A stretch of 64,000 bases of DNA from positions 149,771,620 to 149,835,619 of the forward strand of contig NC_068982.1 in assembly GCF_001194135.2 (NCBI RefSeq), given 5' to 3'. Below, in pieces: positions 11,949 through 25,919 of the stretch. Numbering within the stretch: position 1 is the stretch's first letter; the number at the start of each line of letters is the position of its first letter. Below the pieces are notes generated by a model, which was not told the origin of the DNA, did no database searches, and was given only the letters and a program-made list of their open reading frames with translations. The position numbers and the translations under genes were made by a program. Source of the DNA: Octopus bimaculoides (lineage: Eukaryota).

Positions 11949-14280
11949 TAGAGTGGTCCTTAGCAATAGGTAATTTTTCAAAAGTTACAATTTTGCTGCT
12001 CCCACCTCCTAATCCTGTTCCATTAAATAAAACAACACGGTGTGCAAAATTTCAGCTTAATCGGGCAACTGTTAGGCAACCTTCAAATGCCTTGAAGTTG
12101 GAACTTAGTCTACGCTACGATTAATTCTGTAGAAAAGTGGTATACTGTTCCTTTTCTTGACCATTTTCTATTTTTCTTTCTTAGAGAAATTTATGTAGAC
12201 ACATCCAGGTAACTCCAACAGGTGTAAAAAACGTTCTGAATCAAATTTACCAATAGCTAATTCCTGAAATAAGATGAAAAACTTAAGAAATATTAGGTTT
12301 TCTTAATAAAGTACACAACTTCTATAAGAGAAATGCATTTTTATTTACAACAATAATTTCTATAGAACCAAAAACATGAATTGAACATTATTTTTGCATA
12401 AGAGAGGATTTAGTGGCAGTTGGATATGTTTTACAGTTTTCGGTAATAATCTGTAAAACAAATTGTGTCTCAGTTTCATCTTTTGTGAGAATGTTATTGT
12501 AATCCTGAATGAGTTTGACACCTTTCTGCAACATCGTTCACAACAACTGTTTTCTCAAGTTTTTCAAGTCCACTTTTGTAACTAGGATCATCCTTCCATG
12601 TTGAAGGGTCTTTGTCGAAGAAATGATGCTGAGAGAAAATCTGGTGAAGAAAGTTTCTGTACCAGGAGTTACAAAAGACAAAAACTCGATGTTTGTATAG
12701 AAAGAAAAGTCATTTTGGTGCAGAATGTACCCTTTCAGTTGATTTTTTTTTTCTTCTTCATCTTCTTCACCTTTGTCTGCTTCCAGCATAACTTGAGCAA
12801 TATTTGCTTCACCTCTGGAATATTGTCATCAAATATGGATAGAACCACAGGTTTTGGCCAGAGATGGATGGAAAATTTTTTCGCAGCAGCATTACTGATT
12901 TCTGAATCAATATCCTGATAATTTATCAGTTGATAAATTGCTTTTGACCTCCACCTGGCATGATTTACAGTTCCTGGTGTATAAAACGATATCCCATTCT
13001 TCAGAATGCCACTAAGAAAGATCATCGTTAACTCCTACAATTCTCGGTAATCATTTCGCTGTTGTCTCTGCATAGAAAGATGGTATTCAAGAAATCCAAG
13101 AATGGTAGAGCGGACATCATCAGGCACTTCATTGCAACTCATTATGTAAACCGTCTTGTTCAGTTTCATTCAGGTTTCTCAAAATCTTTTGAAAAACGCC
13201 ATGTCTGGACTAGAAGTTGCACCCATCAGTGAGTCAAAACAGCTTCTAAAAACTAACTAAAATATGTGATGATGGCAAGGGAAGTACAACAGGTCGCGAT
13301 TGAACAACTTTTCTAGATTTGCACTAGCACCATTCACTCAATCTGTGTTGCTTGCTGTCGTATCACAGCAAAGTGCCTGAATTTTGTCGGTTATGCCCCA
13401 CATTTCCACTGCTTGGTAAACAGCCATGGCTTGCTGTTCTCCTGAAGATTTTGGAATTTCCTTACCTTGAAAAGTTACTATTATTGCCAGGCTATCAACC
13501 TTTTCAACACCTGTGAGTGCTGGGAGCAGCTTTCCATCTCAGTGCAATTCTAATTCTTTACAGTCATTTAGGTTAAATTTGTGATGTATTTCTGTGTCTC
13601 TCGCTTCTCTAAATTTTGTTCTAAGGCGTTGATAATAAGTATACAAAGCACATAACATTATAAAAACATAGAGGTTATAAACATGGTATAACAACTTTAT
13701 CAGGGCTACCAACACAACAGGGGAAGATCTATATCATAATGCACCACAACAAAATGAATGAGTGCTTACAAGTTATTACAAATAAATTGACTTGCATTTA
13801 CAAACGTGGACAAGTCATATTAGTTCACTGTTTATCACTAACATATATTTCTTAATATTTTACTTCTCAACACTACCATTAGGTGCAGTACAATTCTTTC
13901 AACAGATGAACACAACTCACAACCTGGATGACAGCAAAAAATAGGTGTTTGTCCTATACCTGCACTCTGTCCCCAGCTTTGCAAGTTGCCTTCCCCATTA
14001 TATTTATTGTCACTTATCCTTCTATTACCAAGAATATGTCTGAACAAGGTTTTAATTAAGGAGAAAATTATATAAGAGATAAAAAATTTTATCTGAAGAA
14101 AATGACTCTTCGGGCAAAAACTTCAAAATTTCATGGTTGATGAGGGTCGCCTTGCAGTTGTTCGATTGAGCTAAAATTTTGTATTGATTGTTTTTTTTTT
14201 GTTTTTTGTTTTTTTAATTGGAACAAGACAGTGGGCTGGGAGCTAAACTTTTAGAAAGTTGAAAAATAAGGGCCACTCTA
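11949..14280 (-). mobile_element. Degenerate hAT-like DNA transposon (hATm-type termini) with a decayed transposase
   Basis: Termini tagagtggtcc (11949) and ggccactcta (14280); imperfect subterminal inverted similarity over about 140 bp; 8-bp flanks agatacat/atatgcat. The minus strand translates as WGITDKIQALCCDTTASNTD*VNGASANLEKLFNRDLLYFPCHHH and PGTVNHARWRSKAIY..AAAKKFSIHLW. Confidence 0.82.
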
Positions 14281-14404
14281 ATATGCATCCACTCTCACAC
14301 TTAAACATATACTTCGCTGTCTCCCAAAAATGACAGAGATTAAATGTAAAATACATTACACTAGAAAAATTTCTTGGAATATTATTCAACTAATTAATTA
14401 ATAT

Positions 14405-15065
14405 AGGTGCAAGCATAGCTATGTGGTTAAGAAGTTTGCATCCCAGTCACATGATCTAGATTCAGTGCCTACTTGCATGCAAATGCCATCTTCCAAAGCC
14501 ACAGGTGAACAAAACTTTGAGAGTGAATTTGGTTGGTGGAAACTGAAAAAGCCTGTTGTATGTGTGTATTTTGCTCAAGATCTCTCACTGTGGCATAGTG
14601 CTGCTGGCTGAAGTACAGCCTTCAGAATCAGAAATGGTCTGACAAACTAAAATGAGGAGGGTTGCATAGAAAGCAAGAGTCCCACTAAGTCCTGACTCTG
14701 CTATTACACGCCCCAACTATAATCATAGATTTTTGCCAATATTGGCCTAATAAACCACCGCAGAACCCACTAAGTGTAAAGCTGCTAATCTGGACATCTC
14801 TATAGACATAATGGACAAATGTCATTGTGTGTGTGTGTAAGTTTCTTTGTTTACATATTGCATGATAGTTGTGAGTGTAGCTGTCATACTAGAAATTCAC
14901 ATTCAATGTTCTGTGTGAGCATGTCTGGTCATGTGGAAATATTACCTTTCTTGGAAACAGGTGGGGGTTTGCAAGTGAAAGGGCATCAAGGCAGAAAAAT
15001 TCTATTTCAGTAAACTATCTAACTCATACTACCACGGAAAAGTGATCATTAAAATAGTGATGATG
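14405..15065 (+). mobile_element. Same SINE family, split into head (14405-14585) and body/tail (14820-15065)
   Basis: gtggttaagaagtttgc head; cttggaaacaggtg..aaagggcatc tail similar to 11380-11480. Confidence 0.6.
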
Positions 15066-18000
15066 AATTAACGAAGTGAGTGTTCTATTTCCTTTGAATG
15101 CCATGTATCTTTATGCATATACATACATATGGTGTTAATTCTTCATTGTGCACTCTTAGAAATATTCTTTATGTATTACACATTTGAAATGTTAGAAATG
15201 TACCAACTGAAGGTTAAAATAAATGAGTCAATGCAAATGTACTGTAGTGGTCTTATACAGTCCTGCATTTGTTCTTTTTAAATCGTCCTTTCATATCTCA
15301 ACAAGTTTAATTTTTACTATTCATCTTTCTTGTGTCATCTAAAATTTGTGTCAGTAATACAGAGCATGTTTCATTTGTTTTCCACTACCCCAAACAAACT
15401 TTTGGTCTTAGCAAAAGGAAAATACTGCAAGATATATATTAAAAATGATTAACTAATATTTCTGTTACATAGTTTAAAGGTAAATTAATATGAAAACATA
15501 TTTTTCTGACGGAGAAAAAAAATGTTTATTTTAAGCTGGTATGAAATCCTAGCTTTCTGAATACATCAAAATAAGGTTAAATCAGTTTGGTAAAATTAAA
15601 ATCTATAATTTCAGAAAAGAACATAACTGCAACTTTTTATTTACTTTTTATTTTTATGTGTCTAAAATTTTTAAATGTGGGCTTAAATTACATTATGACG
15701 AGGGTTAATTTTAATAAATATTTTTCTGTACTCCAATGAACAACAGTATGTTAATAATTCTTGGGAAAATGTTTTCTTATAGAAACAATTTTTCATGATT
15801 AACTTTATTGTTGAGTCATTGTGATAGTGTAAAAAGTAAACAAAATCTAAATAAGTTAGATCAGTTTATACACAGCAAATTATTAACTACCNNNNNNNNN
15901 NCCAACACACACATAATATACGTATTAGTAGTTCATCCCAGATTAAATGATTAAATGGTTTTTACATTATTAATTATGTCAGATTGTAAATATTGGTTTG
16001 AGATGGTGTTGTCTTATATTTTGGCATAAGTATGCTGATTGCTTACTTATAACCAATTCTCTGTTTGCAATAAATTAACAATTAGCTTTAATATAAATTC
16101 ATAAGTAATTAAGTTGTTTTGAAAAACTAGTTAATGTATCTACAAGTCAGATAGGTAGTCAGTAAATACATTATTGACTGTAAAGGCTTGATTCATAAAA
16201 GTACACATCTAATGGTAGGATTAATAGCTGTCAGATTTTTCTCTGTGTGTAGTTTCCCCTACAAAATTAATAGATTATTCCGACATATTTGATATATTTA
16301 AGTTTCTTAGTTGAGTTATGATAATGAAATTTTCCAGGCTCTGAATCTCGTTATGTGTTTCCATTAATATAAGATTTCAATTGGTTTCATATCCAGTCAC
16401 TGTTAGGTGTCCTATTTCTGATTATATATATTGTCTTTAACTGGATTTCAACTAAGAAAATTTATTTCCAAATGAAGAGCAGTCATTTTAAAATACAGAC
16501 TCTGAGTTCAAATCTACTCTAACACAATGTTCATATTTAGGAATAGGGTATCTTATCATGATCAGATATTGAACCTGTATAAAACTTTGCAAATGAAAAC
16601 AAAAGGGAAAAATTAAAATCTAGAAAGTTAATTATATGACACATCAATATTATTAAAATCCTTTACACTCTGTTAATAAAAGGATTGTAATCTTTTTGTT
16701 GATTTGCTTTGCCTCACTGTGTTTCAAGAGTTTTAGTAATGAGACAGAAATACATCAGTTGTTATTGTGCATACTATCCTCATAAGCCAGTAGTGATACA
16801 CAAATATCAAAACATATACAGAGTTATATCCATATATATATGTATTAATAAATATATATTTAGTCTAATTATGAAGTGTATTGTTTATCAAACATATGGA
16901 TATGACTCCCTATACATATTTATTCATAATTTAGTGTCTTGGTGTTTTAGTTACTAAAACCAAAGATGTATGTATGTGTGTGTGTGTTGTGTAACTAGCC
17001 TGAGTCAGTTCTGATTGAACATGTAGGCTGTTATAATTGCATGGTCTATTCACACAGTGATCTAATTAATCATAGCATACCCGGTGGTTGTAGGGAATGT
17101 CTTTGACTCCTGAAGGTGTTGTAGGAACCCTGTTGTGACATACTGCTTGCCTTAGGCATTTTAAAACCTGATCATTTGTTGTATAGCTGAATTCTGAATA
17201 TACAGGCCATCTCACCCACTCATGGAAAATCTTTGGATAAATAACTAAAGTGATTTTAAAGTTAGCTATGTATTTACCTTGTTTTGGTTATTTATAATAT
17301 GATTTACAAGTTTGTTGGGAAATAAATAAAAAATCCTAGTAACCACAAATATTTTATGAAGGAAAATATATCTATTCTAAACAATATGAACAAGAATATC
17401 TATTTTCAAATGCAAAATGTATGTGGATGGCAATTCTATAAGTTTCTTGGTTTGTCAAATATTTGTTTTGGCACCAAGATTACTTTGTGTAAATTTTTAA
17501 TTTACATATTAACTCTTGGTAATGGTTTTTATGTTTGCTGTATATTTTCTTTGATTTTTGTATGTCTTCTGAAAATACTTTGAATTCAAACTTGCTGCTT
17601 GACAACTTGGAACTGGTATCCATTTTCCATCCATAGTGAAACATTTCAGAAATTTGANNNNNNNNNNNNNNNNNNNNNNNNNNNNNNNNNNNNNNNNNNN
17701 NNNNNNNNNNNNNNNNNNNNNNNNNNNNNNNNNNNNNNNNNNNNNNNNNNNNNNNNNNNNNATGTGAGAAAATCTCCGAAAATTCCCAGCACTTAGATAT
17801 GTACAATAATGGTGTACAGTGTAAGTCAGTTGTTTACATAGTGAAACCATGTTTTCACAAATGTACTGAAATTCTCATAAAAATATGAATGTCATTTTGG
17901 ATGGTTCTGGCTTGTTTGGTAATATTAACCAAAACTTCTTTTGGCTGGCTATGGGTGGGTTAGTAATGAAAGGGTTAACTTTAGTCATATTTGAACTCAG

Positions 18001-19878
18001 AACTTCAAAACAGTCTGGCTCTGTATTTGTCCTGTATAGTTGTACCTTACATATCATAACTGAATGATATTTGACATACATGTAGACTGTATAAACAATA
18101 TTTATTGGGTGCTAGGACTGTAGATTCAACAGGCTAAAAGTGTTTTTCTTGTGTTCAATTTTCAGCTATACTTGTACCACATTTTATTTCATTGTTATAC
18201 AGCTTAGCACTAAGGGTATGTAATGGTTTCTCTTTTGTGAATTAATACAAAAGTTTAGAATTTTCAGACCTATCAAAAAAATTCTTTAAAATCTAGTCAG
18301 TTGGATGTTAAAATTTTTTGTATCGGATACTAAATATTTTAGTTCAAAATGTTTTTATTAATTTTTTTATAAGAAAAATTTTCAAAAATGTGTGTTCAAC
18401 TTATTGACATTAAGAAGTGCACACATCTGTACAACACCTGTTCTAACTCATGTTTTTAAGAGCCAAATGTGTGCGTTGATAAATGATGAAGATAAAAAAA
18501 TATGTTAATGAAAAGAAAAGAAATGAACTATGTTTTATCTAAGATGATTTATTGGAAGTTATTTTTTGAATATTCCTTTTATTTAATTTAACTTTTTTTC
18601 AAATGTTAGTAATGAAGTAGATCAGTGTTTCTTGACCAATTTTGCCTCATGCCCCTCACTCCAATTGTATACCTCACCTTGAACAAAGTTTGTATACAGC
18701 ATCATGTATTCAAAAAAAGTTTTAATTAAAACTTTATTGCAAGTTTTTTTCACTTGTAACTTAAACCTCATTCTGAAGCCCCTCACCCTACAAAATATTG
18801 CTGTATCCTGCCAAGGAGACATGCACCTTCACCTTTATTTTACTTCTACTCCTGTCAGTGTATTTTATTGAGTCCTTTGCTCTTTGAATGAATGTTTAAT
18901 TTAATAAAAATGTTTTTATTACTTCAGTAGAAGCTTCATTGAAGAATAAATATAAACTTTTATTTTTCTAAGCATCTATGGTATTTTACTGATTTTACTG
19001 CTATCTGTGGGTTACTAATAAGATTGTGCCGTTTCTTTCATTGTTAATCCTTTTGTTACCATATTTCTGTTGAAGTACATTGCCTCTGTTTCAATTAATC
19101 GTTCATATAATGAAGAATTTAGTAAAATAGCGTAGTAATTATTAAGATGGTGTTTTAAGCATAAATTAACATGAAGTTCAGATGGTAAGTTTTAATTTGG
19201 ATCACTTAAAAAAATAGATATGTTGAGGTCCCAATCAACACAAATTTTACTTGACATGAAGATGCAGGCAAACAAAAGACTTAATGGTATTGTAGATTTA
19301 TATCTACTTCAGTATTTTAATTTTTATGATATACAGTAGTAATCAGATCTACCTATTTATATCAACCAAAGAGGAAGCCCCTTACATGGTCACTTGACCT
19401 TCTAGAAATGGTAGCCAAATTCTCTCAAATCATACCTTTAAAAAGATAGTGTAGCCATTGTTGGAATGCTTTTTATCAGAGGTCTTCTCAATCACGGTTG
19501 GCCTGAGGTTAAACAACAACTTACTGTTGTACATCCAAATCATTCAAGTTCTGAGCAATCACATTGAAGCAGTTCATTGTTACAGTTATCTTGAGGCTTT
19601 GTTTAGTGTTACTGAACAGGGTTGAACAGCTCTACCTGAGTAGATCTACATCATGGTGGGAGCAAATCAATTCTTTCTACTGTTATCCTGTTTCAATTGT
19701 ACACATCATTTTGAGGTTTTGTATTTAAAATGAACCTGCCGTTTTCAAAGTGAATTACTCAGTTTTTTGGGGGTTTTTTTAACATTTACAGCTTCTCTTC
19801 AATTATTAGCTCTTTATGTAAATCTAAAATTAGAAAAGGGATTCTGTTCTAATTCATGGGTATTTATTTATGTTACAG

Positions 19879-19939
19879 GATCCAATCCGTTGCCAATATC
19901 CAGTTACAAACACTGCCTAAAGACTTCATAATACATATG
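19879..19939 (+). other. Candidate GW182 5' exon ending in the ATG (19937-19939)
   Basis: tttatgttacag acceptor; ...atacatATG|gtgagt donor; phase 0 into the 20862 exon. Confidence 0.55.
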
Positions 19940-20044
19940 GTGAGTAATGTTTCATACAATGACTTTTTGGTGTTGCAAATGGAATTTCTGCCCAAATTAT
20001 ATAAATATTGATTGTTTTTAGGTTTATTATTTTGATCAGCATTA

Positions 20045-20705
20045 CTGAAAGAGATGCTACGTTATCATTTAATGTCCATTTTTCATGTTGGCATGGGCTG
20101 GACACTGCCCAGCTCCAATTGTCTGTTTTGGCATGGTTTCTACGACTGGATGTTCTTCCTAATGCCAGCCACTTTACTGTGTACTGCGTGCTTTTTAAGT
20201 GGCACTGGCACGAGTGCTTTTACATGTCACCAGCACACTACATTTTACGTGGCACCAGCAGAAGTGCTTCTCACATGGCGCCAGCACAAGTCCTGTTTAT
20301 GTAGTACTGGTACAAGTGCTTTTTATGTGGAACCGCAACCCCACAAGACAGACCCTTTGGCTGAGAGAGGGAGTGGGAGGCATGGCCATACATATCTTTT
20401 ATTTTCCAGAAGTTATTTGTGCTCAAGTTTTTTTTTCTTCTTGACAGTAAGGCTGTTAATTTAATTTCTTTGCTGAAACTTAAGAAATGTATTGTTCATG
20501 AAATAAGAACATCAAACTGACTTGCATTTAATCATCTATCAGTGCAGGAGTATTTTGTTTTCTTATCATCACCATCAGATTCCATTTTCCATGCTGGTGT
20601 GGGTTGGACAGCTTGACGGGAACTGGCAAGGCCAGGGGCCGTACCAAGTTCTGTTGTCTGTTTTGGCTTGGTTTCTACAGCTGGATGCCCTTCCTGACAC
20701 CAAAA
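20045..20705 (-). mobile_element. Two old RTE-tail/SINE remnants (20045-20290 and 20565-20705)
   Basis: Reverse complements of the tail: ttttccatgctgg..ggtttctacagctggatgcccttcct. Confidence 0.7.
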
Positions 20706-20861
20706 ATCCATTGTTTCTCTTCATTACCTTCTTTCCATTCTTCATATTTCTAATACACACATGCATACACAGACACACTCATTCACAAATACACACATAT
20801 ACTATTTTTATTTTTTAATGGTATAGTCAGAAGTAGAAAAGCAATGCTCAACTACTTTCAG

Positions 20862-20936
20862 AGCCTCTTTGATAAACAGAAAGAAGGGAATAAATTATCC
20901 TCTGACCAAAGACCTAGTTCTGATGGTTATAACAAA
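20862..20936 (+). CDS. Candidate GW182 N-terminal exon (SLFDKQKEGNKLSSDQRPSSDGYNK)
   Basis: actactttcag acceptor, aaa|gtaagc donor, 75 nt, phase 0-0, no stop, hydrophilic peptide. Confidence 0.55.
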
Positions 20937-21049
20937 GTAAGCTCAGCTAAGGGCCAACTGGTCGTGTTATTATCATCAAAATCCTCATCCATTTTCATGA
21001 TAACTTTTTCCATGCTCACATGTATTGGATAGGTTCTTTCCTACACAGT

Positions 21050-21900
21050 GTCTTGCCATTTACTGCAAATTTTGTCATCTTTTTTGTGAGATTTGATTTC
21101 TTGAGATCAGCTTTTACCACTTCTGCCTGTGGCTTCCTTGATCTTCTCCTATAACTTCCTTCCACTTTAAGAGCCTATGCAGCATCACGTTTCATACACA
21201 AGCAACATACAATCTGCTTCTTCACTTGAAGAGGTAATCCCTCTGTTGCCTACAGAGGTCACAGCTCCCTTAGCTTTTCATACTCTGTTCTTAGTCTGGC
21301 CACTATTCTTTCAGAGTACCCTCCTCTGTTGATTAGGTTATTCTAATAGCAGAAGCTACCAATTACTTCTATAAATGCTTAAAAGCATTGAAAAGAATGT
21401 ATTTTACTACTGCACTGACTGCTAATTATTCTTGTGCATCTGTCACCTTTGATGCCAGGACACCTCTTGTGCACATAGTGCACCTTGTGTGGAATGCCTA
21501 CCTCCTCTTTTTCTTTGTCTTTGCCAAATTTATTCTGCTGCCTTTCAATTCTAAGTTTTGCTTACACATCTGGAATTTCTTCTCTACTCTGTTATTAGCC
21601 ATTAGCAAATAGGAATTCCCATGGACGACCAGTCTTAAACTCCTCTGTCAAAACTTAGAGACTATAACAGAAAGAAGGGGCTGAGAATTGAGATTTACTA
21701 AACCTACCTGCATTTTGCCATCTCTCGCTTTTCCGATTGCTTTCCTGTGCACTACTCTCATAAACCATTCAGTTATTGCCTACTCTTGTCAAATGCCTTC
21801 TCCAGATCAACAAATGTGAGGTAGAGGTTTATTCGACTTGTCTCTTTCAAAATAGTGTCTTCAACAGTTGAAACTTTTCCTAGAACAAGTTTTCAGAGGT
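21050..21900 (-). mobile_element. Old degenerate RTE LINE including reverse transcriptase domain remnants
   Basis: The minus strand gives LYLTFVDLEKAFD, EFKTGRPWEFLFANG (decayed YADD region) and a segment like the young copy's DSFRYLG..RELLPLL..GLSLRVK, with frameshifts. Confidence 0.75.
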
Positions 21901-24900
21901 AGTACACAGTTCTTGTAGCAAATCTTTTTCAGTCTCTTCTATTATCTAAAGTAGCTGGCCTTTCATAGTGGATTTCACCTTCAAGAGTGTAGGGTAGTTC
22001 AGTCGAAAGTTATATAGATGAGTGATATATGAACCGGTATGGTAGGTGACCAGAATTCATCCATGTTTCAGGTCTTCTCTTTTACATTGCCTCTCTTTAA
22101 ACACCTCAGGACTGCCAAGTAAAACTTATTTGATCACTTGACCTCATAGAACAAACTCATGATGTACAATATCCTTCCAATCAAAAAATTATGCTCAACA
22201 TCACTTTCATATTTGAGCAACATGTGCTTTTTTTCCCCTCTCTCTGTTTGACATTGGCAACAGCTGCCTTTGTGATTTAACATGGTAGCAATACACTCAT
22301 GTATCATTACATCAGCTATTATGACACTTTCCAGAGACTTAGTTGAAAGATCAAATAACTTCTGACTGTGACTTGCCTTCTTTTTTGGTCATCTATCAAA
22401 TGGCACAGCGCTGTGTTTTCAGCAATGCAATGTATTTTCAGTTTTTTCTTTTAAGAACATATTGCAAGAAGTTTTACAGATGCCTACTTCTTTGGAAAGA
22501 CAGTTAGGTAGCAGTTTTCATAAAATCACAAATCACACATTTGCAATGTGATCATCCAGATTTGGAATCATCTTTAATGGATGTTCTTCTTGATTTGAAA
22601 TATTGATACCCTTCCTGAATTGTGCAGCTCAAACAATCCACAAAGGCCTATTACAACATAAGAAAAGTCTCTGTAAAAGATTTTCATAATTTGAAACAGA
22701 ATTTTGCAAAAACTCTTCGATTTTGTACTCCATTGTCCAACTTGCATCAAATTGCCAAGTGGTGCATCAAACATGCATTCATTCTATCAAATGTAGACAA
22801 TTAACATGAAGTGTTATTGTTGTTATTATTAGACTAAAGGTCATGGTCATCCAGCTACAGTATGACAGTTACAAGCACACTATCCCACCTTGTTGATGCA
22901 GTTTTAAAAACATATACATTGTTTTATTTTCCATTAGGTACAATTTCAATCATTTGGATATTTTATTTGTAATTAATTTTAACAGATGAATGCATTTCCT
23001 TTTCCTTTTTCCTTCTCGGAGCTAAAGTTGAAGTGATAAATATTGTTAGTCTGCAAACTGATTTAGAGTCTCGAATCTATGTTTGTTGTTGCAAATGAGC
23101 AACATGGAGTTAGAAGAAACAAGAGAGCACTAGATTAAATGTACTATATTTAATGTTATTTCCCTATATTCTGTGGTGAATATAGGATTTAGTCATTCAT
23201 ATATCTAATTGATAAAACAATACCAGTGATATACTGTAATAAATTATATCACCCATCTGCAAACAAATACATTTCCCATCTGCAGCAATTAGTTTCATAT
23301 GTAGTCAAGATTGAACTCCTGGCTATGTGGCCAAGTACCAGCTCAGAATTGTACTTGACATCAAGCCTTTATATCTCTTTGTAAATTAAAAGATTTTTAT
23401 TAAACAAGCTTAATGCAACTCTCTCGAAACAAGTTGGTGATGTAAATATGCAGAATAAGCTTTATGACTAGCTGCGCTTTAGTATTGTTTTAAGATGACC
23501 CTCCAAAAGATTTACATACTGTAACTGAATCTACCTTGTGAGATTTTAACTTTAATAATCCTATTATATTGATTACATGGTCAAGATTTCTAATGTTTTC
23601 ATTGTGATATGTATTTTATTGCAGTCAGATACATTTCAGTGTGTTGAGGGTAGTTGAACTTGAGAGAACAATAGTGAACATTGTGGCTTCATTTTTAATG
23701 AAAATAAACTGTAAAATATAACATAGATGATTTATATAAACTCAGATCAGCAGGTTATTTCCTTTTTTATTGAACATTCTGATCTGATTAGGAAATTTAT
23801 TTTAAATTGTTGTCATTGAGTTTAAAAGAAATTGACTTATAAGTATCATCTTAAATTATCATTATTATGGCATTTTTCAATACATTGGTAAAGTGTGCTG
23901 TGTTTTTTTTTTTATATTTCAAATCATTAACCATTTTATTTTAATTATCATCGTTTGCTTACATCTGTGTTTGATAGTATTGACAGTATTCATTGAAGAT
24001 TCTCTTTGGAAGAATCTTATGAATTGCGAAAATAATGATATGAAATTGTCTTTCAACTCATTGAAAGGTTCTTAGTGGTGTGGTAGAAGCTTTCCTATTC
24101 TATCTTACAAAATAAGAAATATTTTGCAGCTCTGACATTCTCTTATTCATTCATTCATTCTTTTTGTTTAGTTTTCTCTTTTCTCTTTCTATGTAATAAG
24201 TTAACAATTTGTTTGACATGATGATGATGATGATGCATTGTATTGAATCAATATGGAGAAACATTATTTTTAACATTTGTAATTACCTGTTGTATTAAAA
24301 TGTTGTGTCCTTGATAATCAGTTAAACAAAGAGCTGCATAAAAGCCTAATGGAAGAATAAAATTGAAGAATATTTTTATTGCACACTCTAAGGATACTAA
24401 CACAATTCAAAAATCATTAGTATTAAAGTTAAAGACAAAATATTAATAAATGTAGTAATCTAAATTACTTTTGGATGTGTTCCTAAATTTGTTTTTCTTT
24501 AATGACAATTGAGAAAAGTCTCTTCTATCTCAGCTGTTACATTACATTTCTATACACAAGCTTTGTTCTTTACAATCTTTTAGTTAACTGATTTCCTAAC
24601 ATTTATTATCATTTGCATCACTACTTTTCAAGTTTTAGTTCTGTTCTAACAGTCAGTATTTTATTTCAATTATTTTCACACAAACTTTCATTTATATTAC
24701 TCATCAAACATTTAATTTATCTTTTGTTATTGGTAGTCTTTCCTGAATTTCCACTCTTACTTCATCATCAGTGTCTGTAAATCTGTCTCTCTTCTTTCTG
24801 TTCTTAGAATGCAAGCATTAAATAGGATTTTGACCACAAGAGTTTTATAGCTTGTATTAAAACCCTGTCTCTGTGCATGATTGGTACAACTGACTGGGGC

Positions 24901-25919
24901 CTGAGTGTGTACACATAACATTATTTACAAATAGATGTCCATACCATACAAATAAATGTCCATAATGATGGAATTGATGTACATAATATTAATAATCTGA
25001 TAATGATTTGTCAGTCTGAAAATTTAGTCTGCTAAGAACTGTCTAGAATGTCATTTGTGTGTTAGCTGAAATCTTAGGAACAATGTATTTTGTTTCATTT
25101 AGCTATTTTTCATTAAATATCAGCAATGGAAAATGGTTAAGGTAGACAGAATCAATGGAAGTCTGGTTTTTAATGTGTCTGTTAAAAGGAACATTTTTCA
25201 AGTTGTGGAGGTTAATTAGCTTGTTAGAACTTTATCCTTGGTTTATATGTTTTGAAACAGAAGGATTAAAAGTAAAACTCTAATTATTTTTCTGTACATG
25301 TTAATTTCTTCATGATGATTATGTTTTGTTTATTTCTTTGTTGATCTTAAGCATCTGGTATGTAATTTGTTGTAGCATCTAGTATGCTATTTGGTCTATA
25401 ATTAGTTAAATTTAAACAATTAAAAAGATCTCATCTTCCAGTTACCAGAATTTTGATTTCTTACCTAAAACATCATTCTCCTAGCCTCTGACTGTGTTTT
25501 GTAACTTTTCTGCAATAATGTTTTTACTCTATAATACATTTCCTAAGTGATGTTTTCATCTGGCATTCACTATTTGTGTTGTCATATATTTGTAATCATA
25601 TAAAGAACAAAGATTATGCTTTACCTTAAAACATTTGATAATTCAATATTTTGGACAAAATTTGCCTAGAATGAGGAATATCAATGCTCTTTATGAAGTG
25701 GGTTGTATTTTCCATGGGTTTTTCTCTTTTTTAAAAATTTTTTCTTTTTTTTTTGTAAAAAAATCTTGAATTAAAGGCTGTGTGCATGCAAGGTAGGTAG
25801 GTAGAGAAAGAGAGGGGGCTTAAAGTTTGCCTCAGAGGCAGGTAGAAATGGCTAGATTAGCCAATGAGCTTTGCTTTATTTTTGTTAGAAGTTGATGGTG
25901 TGTTTGTATTGTTTGAACA

